A DNA stretch of 62,876 nucleotides, taken from contig NC_058134.1 in NCBI RefSeq assembly GCF_016433145.1, forward strand, positions 286,810,073 to 286,872,948, read 5' to 3'. This stretch comes from Gracilinanus agilis. Its lineage: Eukaryota. The position numbers and the translations under genes are program-made. The notes under the pieces were generated by a model that saw nothing but the letters and a program-made list of their open reading frames with translations, did not search any database and was not told the DNA's origin. Shown piece after piece: positions 49,298 to 60,285 of the stretch (position 1 is the stretch's first letter; each line of letters starts with the position of its first letter).

Positions 49298-50203
49298 GCT
49301 GGGAGCATGAAAACCCCACGGCCCCCTCTCCTATGGCTCCTGACACCCCCACGCCCGAGACCCCGAAACACTGCCCCCCCAGATGCAAACCCCAGGCTTA
49401 CTGGCTCCCCTGGGCTGAGCTAGGCTGGGCTAGGGGTTAGGGACGGATTGGGGGCGCGCCTGGGTGCCTGTCTCTGTCTGCCTCTGCCCTAGTTCAGGGC
49501 AGCTCCATAGGCTAAGGGGGCGAGCAAGGCGACGAGCTAGGCTGGCTGACTGCTGCCGGCGTCTCTCCTTACTGTCGGTAGGTAGAGCTCTCGCTCTCTC
49601 TCACNNNNNNNNNNNNNNNNNNNNNNNNNNNNNNNNNNNNNNNNNNNNNNNNNNNNNNNNNNNNNNNNNNNNNNNNNNNNNNNNNNNNNNNNNNNNNNNN
49701 NNNNNNNNNNNNNNNNNNNNNNNNNNNNNNNNNNNNNNNNNNNNNNNNNNNNNNNNNNNNNNNNNNNNNNNNNNNNNNNNNNNNNNNNNNNNNNNNNNNN
49801 NNNNNNNNNNNNNNNNNNNNNNNNNNNNNNNNNNNNNNNNNNNNNNNNNNNNNNNNNNNNNNNNNNNNNNNNNNNNNNNNNNNNNNNNNNNNNNNNNNNN
49901 NNNNNNNNNNNNNNNNNNNNNNNNNNNNNNNNNNNNNNNNNNNNNNNNNNNNNNNNNNNNNNNNNNNNNNNNNNNNNNNNNNNNNNNNNNNNNNNNNNNN
50001 NNNNNNNNNNNNNNNNNNNNNNNNNNNNNNNNNNNNNNNNNNNNNNNNNNNNNNNNNNNNNNNNNNNNNNNNNNNNNNNNNNNNNNNNNNNNNNNNNNNN
50101 NNNNNNNNNNNNNNNNNNNNNNNNNNNNNNNGGTTGGGGGGGGGGGACCTAGAAGGAGGAAGGGGAGGGAGGAAGGGAGGGGTAGAGGAGGGATGGGGAT
50201 ACG

Positions 50204-50214
50204 CGTGTGTATGT

Positions 50215-50268
<54 letters not shown>

Positions 50269-50772
50269 GGGGGGAGCAAACCAGAGCTAGCAGCGAGGGG
50301 CCGATGCTTCAAGGTGCGATTTCCTATTTGAAGGTGCCTTTTCCTCCACCCCCTTCCTTCTCTCCCTTCAGCCTTTTCACAAGAAAAGAGAGATGCATAC
50401 ATGTTACCAGGTCAGCTTAGGTTACCTCAACAGGTACAGAAACCTTAGGAGGAAGAATGGGTCACCAGGAGATGGAGGCCAAACCCCCCACCCTAAAGAG
50501 GGAATCCCCTAACCAGGGTAATTGTAGGGAGAAAACAGTGGCTACAATATTCCTACCCCTGACACACACACACATACCCTGCATCCCTAGTCATGTGCAA
50601 TGGCGAACTCTTTCCTTTTCTCCCAAAGGGCTAGAACCCTGAGCAAAGGGTAGCTCAGTGGAACTGGTATGTTTAAGATTATTCCAAGGATGAAATACAG
50701 AGGTCCCTTTCTCTGACCATAAAGAGTGTTGGGTGGTTTTTGGTTTAAAAAACAACCAAAAAAAAAATAAAA

Positions 50773-50821
<49 letters not shown>

Positions 50822-50918
50822 TATCCTGAACTCTCCTTACCAAAGAAAATGATGTCCAAGGAAAAGCCAAAGGAAGTGGAGAAAGTAGGTAGATAGTTTG
50901 TATGTTATAGCTGTCCCC

Positions 50919-50977
<59 letters not shown>
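50204..50977. repeat. Cluster of three (TG)n/(CA)n microsatellites upstream of HOXC8 (about 50204-50266, 50773-50817, 50922-50977)
   Basis: Read directly. Confidence 0.93.
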
Positions 50978-50980
<3 letters not shown>

Positions 50981-52983
50981 TGAAAAGAGAAGAAATGGCA
51001 GAGATGAAGCTAGGCTTCTGGGATGCTTTCTGACGCCTCTTTGCAGGTGGTTTTGTTGTTGCTGTCCTTCCTATTCTTCTTTAAGGAGGCAAAAGGCCTA
51101 TCTTGTATCCTCTGTCCCTCCCTCTCCCCCATCATCTCTTATCTTCTGGCCTTTTTCTTAACTTTAAAACCTAATTTTTAAATCTGCTCCCCAAACATCT
51201 GCTCTTTGGAGACTATTCTTTGGGGGAACTGGAGGGGACTTCAGGATAGGAATTAGCACCCATTCTTTAATAACCTCCTCCTCCAATAAAACAGGAACTA
51301 TCTGGTTCTGGAAGAGACTTGTTCCTTTTCCTTTCTTCTCCTTCAGCCCTTCTGCATTCCAGACCTATTCACACAACCATGGGTATGGGATGGAGAACTG
51401 TCAGCAGAGCTTCTGTATATATTTACCAACGTTTTCTCTAGGGTATTCTTTCCACTTCCCCCCTGGCCCAAAACAAATTCAAGTTAATTCCATTGAAAAG
51501 AGAATTGCAATCCACTTAGCATCTGGCTAGAGAGACATCTATAAGAAGCGTTAGCTATATACAGAGAATCAGAGAGAAAAATACTTGTGGGCTTTGTGTA
51601 TAGGAAGCAAGGCAGAGAACAGGAACGGGCTTTCTTCTATTTTCCACCTTTGCATATGAAGTTATTATAAAACTATTATATATACAATACTCTTTATATA
51701 TATAGAGAGAGAAATACAAATTATATATATATAGTCTATATGAATTTCACAAGACAGGAATCTCTATATGTATGTATATTTACACAATATACCATACTCA
51801 TTCCTTATCTTTATGTTCGTAGCATTGTGCACACACCATACTTTTTGGCATATGAATGCTTAATATATGTAATAATACTATATATGTACATAATTGCTGT
51901 TTACATATGTGTATGTTATATATGCACACATACATATGTATATTCACTCAACTTACAACAATACAGAGAACCACCTTGAAACCTTTGCAAATCAAAGAAA
52001 TTTGTTTTCTTTTTTTCTCTCCACCTAAATTTAAGGTTGTATAAGGGAAGAACTGAAAATCTTGTCTTTTTTTTTTTTTGCCCCCTCCCAAAAGCATGAT
52101 CTCAGAATGGAGAAAGGAATGGGGAGTGCCCAATAGAAAGGAAAGGGACTATTGAGGAAATAACCTCGGAGCTCTCAGATTCCTTCCATTTTTACAATGT
52201 TCTTCAGGAAATATGGTGCCAGCAAAACCCTGAAAATGTGAAATTCTATTGCCTTGAAAGGAAGGACCTCGAAAAGACTTTTCTATGAAAAATCTGTATC
52301 ATCGTATAGGAAAATCTCCATCAGAAATTCAACCCAGATATTTTCTGGGATCCCCTTCCTACCATACTCAAAATAAAACTAATTCAGCTTGGTCTACACC
52401 AGCACTAACATTTCTCCCTTCCGCCTACCATACATACCCCAGCAACCCAAAAGAGCACATTTGGGGAGGGAGAAAGGCAGAAAGGAAATTTTTCTGAAAG
52501 GTGCCTGTTTTGAAGGAGCTTATAGGATCTCTTAGTTCCCCACACCCAACCCAAGCCTGGGAAGAAAGAGAAGATGATCAGAAAGTGTGATTGCTGAAGT
52601 TGTTAGGGTGAGAAGGAAAAACTGATGCATGTAGAGAAGGGGTGCATTATAAGTGGGTACTCTCCCTCTAGAGACCTCTCAGCAGGTTCCCGAAAATGAG
52701 ATATTTCTGGAATTCCACAGTTTTCAGGGGACTATGGGGGACAATATTCCAGGGAAATGTCATAAATACTTTACCTTCCTGCCCCATAGGAGGCCAGGCC
52801 AACCTAATCAGCTCTCAGAGTCTTTGCCTTATCTTTTAAGGGGGGGCTAGAATATCTCTCTCGACATTTTATGGTCCAGAGAAATCACCGCTATAAACGC
52901 ATTCTTCTCTGGCTTTGTGTCTTGGAATGCGACTGGATCCCCCGAGGGTGGGTGGTGAGCGAGAAGGCTCCGGCTAGCAAAGC

Positions 52984-52984
<1 letters not shown>

Positions 52985-53030
<46 letters not shown>
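52985..53030. repeat. (TG)n microsatellite
   Basis: Read directly. Confidence 0.95.
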
Positions 53031-53031
<1 letters not shown>

Positions 53032-53572
53032 CGTGTGGGTGTGGGTTCGAGAGTCATGGGCCGGCACCGGGTTGTAATAGACTGTAGCTTTTGTGATTTC
53101 TCTCTTTTAAAATACAGAGAGCATTTAGTTGGGTCCTATGGCTATCCTAGGCTAGTAATAAAGGAAATGTTTGGACGTCACTCTCTCCTTGCCATGCGTT
53201 TCTCTCCCGTGCTGCCCGCCGTCCTCCCCCCCCCCCTTTGGTACCACGAATTTATGTCTATTTGTCCGGGTCATCCTGGGTTTGTGTTTTAATTATGCAG
53301 TCTATTTTATTTCTTATCTCCTGGTGGAAACAGATTATTTTTCCTCGGAGACAGAACTGCGAGGGTTCCCTGACAGGGTGAAGGCCCTCGCTCTCCAGCT
53401 TGCATTAGATATTAATTTACAAATCATAGGTGAGAGAATTTATACATATTTGTTTAGATTTGTGTGGTGGTGCTAAGATTGATTCCTCTTCACTCCCCCC
53501 CGCCCCCCCAACAGTTCTAAAGTGTAGCTAGCGTAGGACAAACCCCGCAGAGTGAATTCTAACATTGAGCAA

Positions 53573-53589
53573 CAGCGCCACCTAGCGTT
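53573..53589 (-). promoter_or_regulatory. Candidate CTCF site between HOXC9 and HOXC8
   Basis: The minus strand AACGCTAGGTGGCGCTG is a close match to the CTCF core. Confidence 0.7.
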
Positions 53590-54121
53590 CAATTGCATCA
53601 ATGCACACAGTTGGGGAAGGGGGGGGTACAAACAGAAACAGCGGGCTCTTCGTGCTAGGTTCAGGTTAGAAATAATGTGGAAAGGTTAGGGGTAAGAAGT
53701 CTCAAGAATAGTGTGAGGGAATTGGAGGTGCTAGGTCGGAAATGGCGCTTCCGGATCTCTCGATATCCAGTCTCTAAGCACTTAATATAAATATCTCCAA
53801 TAAAATTCCAATAGTTGTTATTTTGTACTCCTTCCCCCACATCCAAACCTTATCCTCTGAGCTTAGTTCAGTGTGAATTTAGGTTTGGTTTTTTTTTAAA
53901 CCATATCCCATTTCAGACATCCACATCCACATGCACACTCGGACATCCTCCCCCATATCCCGGTCCTTACCCTCTTCTCTGTCCCTTTTCTTGGCCCATT
54001 CTTCCAAAGGCTTGGCTCTAAGGTGGGACATTGAATCCTCTGTGGTCTCCCCCCTCCTTGTTTTTAATCCACCCCTTCCCCCCATTACTTCCAGCCAGTG
54101 AGGTCCTGTTCTCTGTGCCCC

Positions 54122-54300
54122 GTAGACAAAACATTCCTATAATCCGATTTCAAAGGAAAGAGCGTCCACCTTATTTAAACCATAAAACAATTAAGCCCAG
54201 ACGTCTAGCCAGCTCAGCGATGCTGTTTTGTTCAGTCCTATTCAGGACCCAGCTCAAGGAGACAAACAGAGCCATAAAAGTGGCATTTTGGAGCTGCGGA
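54122..54300 (-). promoter_or_regulatory. Hoxc8 early enhancer (neural tube/mesoderm)
   Basis: The minus strand reads ...CCACTTTTATGGCTCTGTTTGTCTCC...GGCTAGACGTCTGGGCTTAATTGTTTTATGGTTTAAATAAGGTGGACGCTCTTTCCTTTGAAATCGGATTATAGGAATGTTTTGTCT. It carries the two Cdx-type TTTTATGG sites (54272-54279, 54180-54187), the forkhead-type CTGTTTGT (54262-54269) and TTAATTG (54188-54194) of the described element, and lies between HOXC9 and HOXC8. Confidence 0.93.
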
Positions 54301-56832
54301 AATGTACCTATCAGTTGCTTCCCGAAGTCGAACAACCTTTAGGGTTTTGTTAGCCTTACAAAGGAACAGGGGAAGATGTGGGAGGGGGGAAAGGGTAGAG
54401 AAGGAGGGAGCTCGCTACCCCCCGACTTGTCCTTCCTTCCCCTCACCTCCCACAGATGATTTTAAAAATCCATAAATTACAGTAAATTAAATCACAAAAT
54501 TGGGTTTGGGTGCCCCAGGAAGGATTAGGAGAAGGGTTATAACGGGACACAGCACTGCTGAGTTCGAACCCAGCCTTATAGGAGCCAGTTACTGTCTCTT
54601 GTTAGCCCTGTCTCTCTTTCTTTCTCCCTCTCTCCTTCCTGAGAGAGAGCAGGGAAGCCAGCTCCAGGCCAGAGTCACACGGAGATGGAAGATGCAGAGA
54701 AGAGAGGCGGGAGCAGAGGGGTTGGAGTGGGCCCTGGGGAATGAGGGAAATACGACAAGATTAGTGGATACTTTATAGGAAGGATTTTAGGGGAACACAC
54801 ATATCTTCTGGGCCTAGGGGATTGGGGTGGGGGAAAGAGGGAGATCAAGGAGCAGACTTTCTTCAAATGAAGTTTGGTGGAAGGATAAAAGATGAAACTG
54901 GATCCCAGCAGAGGAACAAGGGCAGGGAAATTGGACAAGGTGTTGATGGTGGAGCTGGGGTAGAGAAAGGAGGGAGAACAGGAGAGCAAAGCACCCTCTG
55001 AAGGGTCAAGAAAAAAGGGCTTCAGGAATGTGGGAAACCAAGCTGTTTGGGGGTGGAGTGGGAAAACCTCATCCTGAAAGATAAATTTGTGGGGTCAGAT
55101 TTTACTCCTCAAACTTTATTCATTAAAAATAGAACTTTTAACATTCTTCATCCTGCCTGGATTAAAGCTGTGTTTATTGGAAGTAGTTTAGGATATGGAG
55201 AAACTCTTGATGTCCAAAGTCCTCTCTGTCTCCCTTTAAAGTGATTTGATTTGGGAGGGGAGAGGGAAATGGACAAAGGGTGGCTCCCAGATTATATTAA
55301 TTTTTATGACCCACGACACATCAAGACAAGTCCACTACTAACACCACCCTCACCAGAATGGGACAGCTCGAGATATTAAAGGTCCATATTTCACGAAAGC
55401 TGAGTTTAATAGTTTCCAGATTGGGGGATTTCCAAGAAAAGGGGAGCTGAGCTGGGGACCGAGGCTTGTCCCTGCCTGCTCAGAACTGCTTCTGATTAGC
55501 TGGATGAAAACTCTTTTTTTTTTTAAGGAAAGGAGTTCCTAATAGTAAGGTGCCCTCAGCACATGTCCTCTGGCCATCGCAAATTAAATTTTTGGGGGGT
55601 CTCTTCAGACAGATACTCTGGGTTCACCTGACCTGATGAAAACCCTTATAAAAAGATCTCATTGACCCTGGACATTTCGTAAAACGTTCTCCCACCACAC
55701 CACATCCCAGAGGAATTCAGGCTAGCCACCTTCCCACCACCTCCTAGAGACCAACCCCTTCCAGAACAATAGTGCAAAGTAAAATTCACAGGGATAAAAA
55801 GGACATTTTAGAATTAGAATGGTACATAGGGAAGAAAATCGAAATGAAATTCACTTCTACTTGCACTTCACTCTCCTCCTCATCCTCTCTTCCCTCTCCC
55901 TTCCCCTCCTTCATTACCTCAGTCTGCCTTTCCCTTTCACCTTACCACCCCCCAATTTCCTGAAATCTTCTCTCACTATCACCCCCCATCCAATGATTGA
56001 ACCTGAAACTGCCCCCATCCTTTCTTCTTCCTTCTCTGCCTTTCGTTCGACTATTCCTCGAAGCGCCAGCACTCTCCTAGGCAAGGATCCAGGTTGGGAT
56101 TTCTCCCAGCACCCAACTTTCATCTTCACCTATCACCCCCCTCCGATCTCATGTAGTCATAAATTATTACAATTCATTACGCCAAGGGCAAACATTCTAC
56201 GGCATGTCTCCCCACCCCCACCCCACGCCCACCCCCGTGCCCCAGCCAAAGCGGGCTAGAAGTAAGTAGAAGAGACTGGCCTTCTTGGTCTCCCTGCCTG
56301 CCCCCTCCTCCCCCCAATTCTAACAAAACTAGTCACTTGCTCTTCCCAGTCAGGCTGTCTTTCGTCCTCCGTTTTCATCATCCCTGCACCCTGCCCCCTC
56401 CCAACGCCACCCCCCAAAATGAGTAGAAGGTTTGCCTCAAATTCCAAAGCGGGGGAAGAAGAAATAAAGAGGTCTGGATGCATTTGGATGTCTTGTTTTT
56501 TAAGTGACTTCGATATATTAACACAGAGCTGTTCTACCATAACAAACAGAACGACAATACAGGACTTTTGTGTGACTAGAAGGGAACCCACGAATATGTA
56601 CAAGCCCCCCAAAAGCCGTCTAGGCGGCCAGCGAGCCAACTCCCCTTGGCTCTGGCTCGGGCCCTGGCCCTGGCTCCAAGGAAGGGGGGAGGAAGGGAAA
56701 GAGGGAGGGTGGGAGGGAGGAAAGGAGAAAGGGAGAGAGAGGAAGGGAGCCCTGCTCGGTTTTCGACTGCAGCTTAAGCCCAGGCTGCTAGTGCTGCGGG
56801 GCCACTGGCTGCGGGGCCTCTCTTTTTCCTTC

Positions 56833-56838
56833 TTTATT
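56833..56838 (-). terminator. Probable HOXC9 polyadenylation signal AATAAA
   Basis: Plus strand TTTATT about 610 nt downstream of the HOXC9 stop. Confidence 0.5.
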
Positions 56839-57446
56839 CCTTTTGTGTCTTTCTTTCTTTCGTTTTTTGTTTTGTTCTTGTTGTACAAAAATCTACACGC
56901 AGGGCGCCCCAGACCCGGGGAAGAGAGACTCGAANNNNNNNNNNNNNNNNNNNNNNNNNNNNNNNNNNNNNNNNNNNNNNNNNNNNNNNNNNNNNNNNNN
57001 NNNNNNNNNNNNNNNNNNNNNNNNNNNNNNNNNNNNNNNNNNNNNNNNNNNNNNNNNNNNNNNNNNNNNNNNNNNNNNNNNNNNNNNNNNTGAGCTGGAG
57101 GAGAGAACACGGTTCCCCTCCTCCCCGCCACCTCGTCGCTTGGGCGAACTAACTCTAAACACCAAATTTTCAACACTGAAATTCCCCCAAATCACATTTT
57201 TCTTTCGTTCTTTCTTTCTTTCTTTCTTTCATTCTTTCTTTCTTTTTTTATAAGGTGGTCCGCATTTTATTTATTTATTTTTTTTTGGCTCGCTTTCTCG
57301 CTCGTTCTCTCCCTTCCTCGATTGCTTGCTCTCTCGATCTCACTCCTGCCCCGGTTGGGGTATTTTTTGTGTGTGTGGTTTTTGTTGTTGTTGTTGTTTT
57401 TTGGTGGCGGTGCCGCGGTCTTCGGCTGCAGCAGGGTCGCTGGCTC

Positions 57447-57691
57447 TTAGGATTGCTCCTTGTCGGTTTTCTCCTTGTTCATCTTTTTCATCTTCATCCT
57501 CCGGTTTTGAAACCAGATTTTGACTTGGCGCTCGGTGAGGTTGAGGACCCGGGCCACCTCGTACCGACGGTCCCTGGTTAAATACATATTGAACAGAAAC
57601 TCCTTCTCCAGTTCCAGTGTCTGGTATTTGGTGTAGGGACACCGCTTCTTCCTTGTAGAGCGAGCATGGATCCAATTTGCCACTGGGTTAC
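57447..57691 (-). CDS. HOXC9: Homeobox C9, coding exon 2 (homeodomain, 245 nt including stop)
   Basis: The acceptor reads CCTTAG|GT AAC. The exon encodes [80 protein letters not shown]. 538+245=783 nt, i.e. 260 aa. Confidence 0.99.
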
Positions 57692-59610
57692 CTAAGGAAG
57701 CCAGGCACAGAGCAGGGTCAGGGTCTCCTTCCAGCTCACCTCCTTCTAAGCCCACCCCACCTCCAAGTCCTGAACCCCAACCCTAGTCTCAGACCAAAAG
57801 GCTGCAGGCCCTTTAATACAATAATACTTATATATTTATATGTGTGTGTACATGTATATACACACACATAAGTGGACCTGAATTTGAGTACATTTTTATT
57901 GCTATTTTTATTATTTTGGGGCTGCTCTCAGTTTCCCCTAATCATATCTTTCCTTCTAGGGTCCCACACCTAAAGCTATAGGAAATCCCAAGCTATCCAA
58001 ACCCATGGTCCTTTCCCCCTGCCATCCACCCTCACCCTCCCAGGTCCAGAAGTAATTCGAGAATATCCTCATAAAAAGTCCGAATTCCCAACTATTTCAT
58101 AGGCCCATAAACGCTTCTCTCTTGTTTTTTATTTTTATAGCGAAGTCCCTCTCCTCCCTATGTTCCCCCCTCCCCCCTCTCAGCCCTCCACCAAGTCCTG
58201 AAATTTCAGCAGCTCTGTTTTCCTGACCCTGAAGTCCTTTGCCTAGTAGGGCTACCAGTCCCAGCTCCAGCCTCAGTGCCCCAGTTAACTCCCAGCTCTC
58301 TTCCTCTCTCCCAGTTAGTTCCCTGCTCTGGCCACTACGATCTGAACCCTGCTGAGGCGAATTCTCAGGATGATGCTAGGGAGACAGAACTCAGGAACAT
58401 TCCTGGAGAGTACCATAGCTCTTCCCAGCCCTGGCTGAGGAGGGGACAGGGACAGCTCAGTTTAACTATCTTCCCCAATTTTAGTTTCATCATCTTCTCC
58501 ACCTCCTCTGCTCCAACCCCAAGACAAGCTTTCAGAAAGGCTTGCCTCCAGTTTCAGGTTTATTGAGGTGGCTGGGGGAGGTACAAGGGGAAATGTTTCA
58601 GAGAGCTATAATTAGGCCCTAGGTTGGAGCCATCACTAACCCTCCCTGAGTCTTTAGGAAGGGAGCCCTGCTGCCTCCTTCTCATATCTCCCCACATGCT
58701 GCTCCTACCCCAGGGACACAGGATAACCTTACTACTGCTTCCCCAGAAGCTCCATTCATTCATTCCCCCTACTTTGGCCCTGTTTGTTTCTTGCTTACCC
58801 CTTTCCAATCCCAAGCCCAGTTTGTCCTCCCATCTTATTCTGTACTTTCACTGTCCAAAGTGCCCTGAGCAGGGATAGTCAATCTACTCACATAAGGAGA
58901 TGCTTATCTATCATCGAACCCCTTGTTTTCTGTCCTCCCTCAGCTTTCTCTCAACCACACTTCTTCAAGGCTAAGGTGGTATAGACCTCTGCTCCTTCTA
59001 TCTCCTTCTGTTTCACAACTCTGGCTACCCTGACACCTCCAACTTCCTATTCTTCTCCACCCCCCATCCCAGTTAAGATCCCTTATCTCCTTGCTTCGCT
59101 TGATGGTGGTGGTAAGGAAGTGAATACAATTTTCTGTTTTATGAACCTCATGTGGAGAAAGGAGCCCTGGGGTGACTGGGGTAGGGGGAGGCTTTGATTC
59201 TTTTCCCCTTGGGAGTTTTCCTCTCATCTCTCTCCATCTTCCTCACCTCTTCCCCCTCCCCACTTCAAACTAGAAAATGAACCTTGCCCTCACCCCAATG
59301 CCTGGCCCTGCCTCTGTTTCTTGGAAAGTGAAGATAGACCTCTTAAAAGCTTGGGATGGAAAGGAAGTGGTGGTCAGGGCCGGACTTTCATGAAAGCCAA
59401 AGCAAGTGAGGAGTTGCCCCTTCTCCACTCTCCCACCCTCACCCTGTTCTGTCTCCCCACATTTCCCCAGACATTCCGGTCCTTGAAAGCCCCCCAAGGT
59501 AATTCGCTTTTATTGAGTCCTCCCCCCTCTCTCTGAGGTTGTAATCTGGCTCTCCTACCCACCCCCTCCCCTCCTGTGCCGGTTGTAAAGGAAAATTCCT
59601 CCCAACTTAC

Positions 59611-60148
59611 TCGGGTCCAGTTCTGTCTTCTCCTCTTTGTGCTTGCTGCTGGCCAGCGCGTCCGACTCCGGGGAGGGGAGAGCCTGCGGGGTCCGGTCCC
59701 GAAGCTCCCCGGGAGAGCCATACATGTAGTCTGGGTAACTCCGGCCGTCCCCCGGGCCACAGTCCGCCCGGCGGCCCGGATAGGCGTCGGGTTTGAGGGC
59801 GTAGTGGCGGCCCCCAGCTGGAAAGCTGGGGAAGGAGACGGCCCCGGACAGGGGCTCCAGCCAAGTCCGCATATACCGCGTGTCCGCTCCAAGGTGGGGC
59901 TGGTGGGTGTAGGGGTGGTAGACGACAGACGACTGGGAGTGGACCGGAGCCCAGGACGTGGTGAACACTGCCGGCTTGGGGGCAAAGCTACAGGACGGAA
60001 AATCGCTACAGTCCGGGACCAAGCCGGTGGGTCTGGCGGCTGCGGGGTGAGCCCCAGTGGCAGGGAACCTGGACGCTAGGAGATCTTCATTCTCGTGGCT
60101 GATCAGGGAGTCCACGTAATAGTTACTGATGGGTCCCGTCGCCGACAT
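59611..60148 (-). CDS. HOXC9: Homeobox C9, coding exon 1 (538 nt)
   Basis: The ORF MSATGPISNYYVDSLISHENEDLLASRFPATG...EEKTELDPS matches the HOXC9 N-terminus. The donor reads CCG A|GTAAGT, with the intron starting at 59610. Confidence 0.98.
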
Positions 60149-60262
60149 CGTTAGAGGGTTTTACATACATAAGATTATTGTATGAACTGTATATGTACTT
60201 TTTATCTGCTCACAGAACAATCAAGGCAGGTAATTATTTTTCCAGCCTTTTCCCCGCATCCT

Positions 60263-60285
60263 ATTGGCTCTTCGACCCCCACGTG
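60263..60285 (-). promoter_or_regulatory. HOXC9 proximal promoter motifs: CCAAT box (60263-60267) and E-box CACGTG (60280-60285)
   Basis: Both motifs were read directly, 115-140 bp upstream of the ATG. Confidence 0.55.

Noticed and set aside
49464-50420. Long ORFs spanning N-runs (also 3343-3703, 16803-17417, 21665-22162, 40395-41198, 56256-57253)
   Set aside because: Their length comes from translating N as X, or from microsatellite-derived low-complexity peptides.
51640-51960. AT-rich (TA/CA) region as a mobile element or hairpin RNA
   Set aside because: Low-complexity sequence with no terminal repeats or family hallmarks.
59576-60079. 167-aa plus-strand ORF and 203-aa alternative-frame ORF (59374-59985) over HOXC9 exon 1
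   Set aside because: These are shadow ORFs expected from GC-rich, stop-poor coding sequence, with no recognisable protein features.
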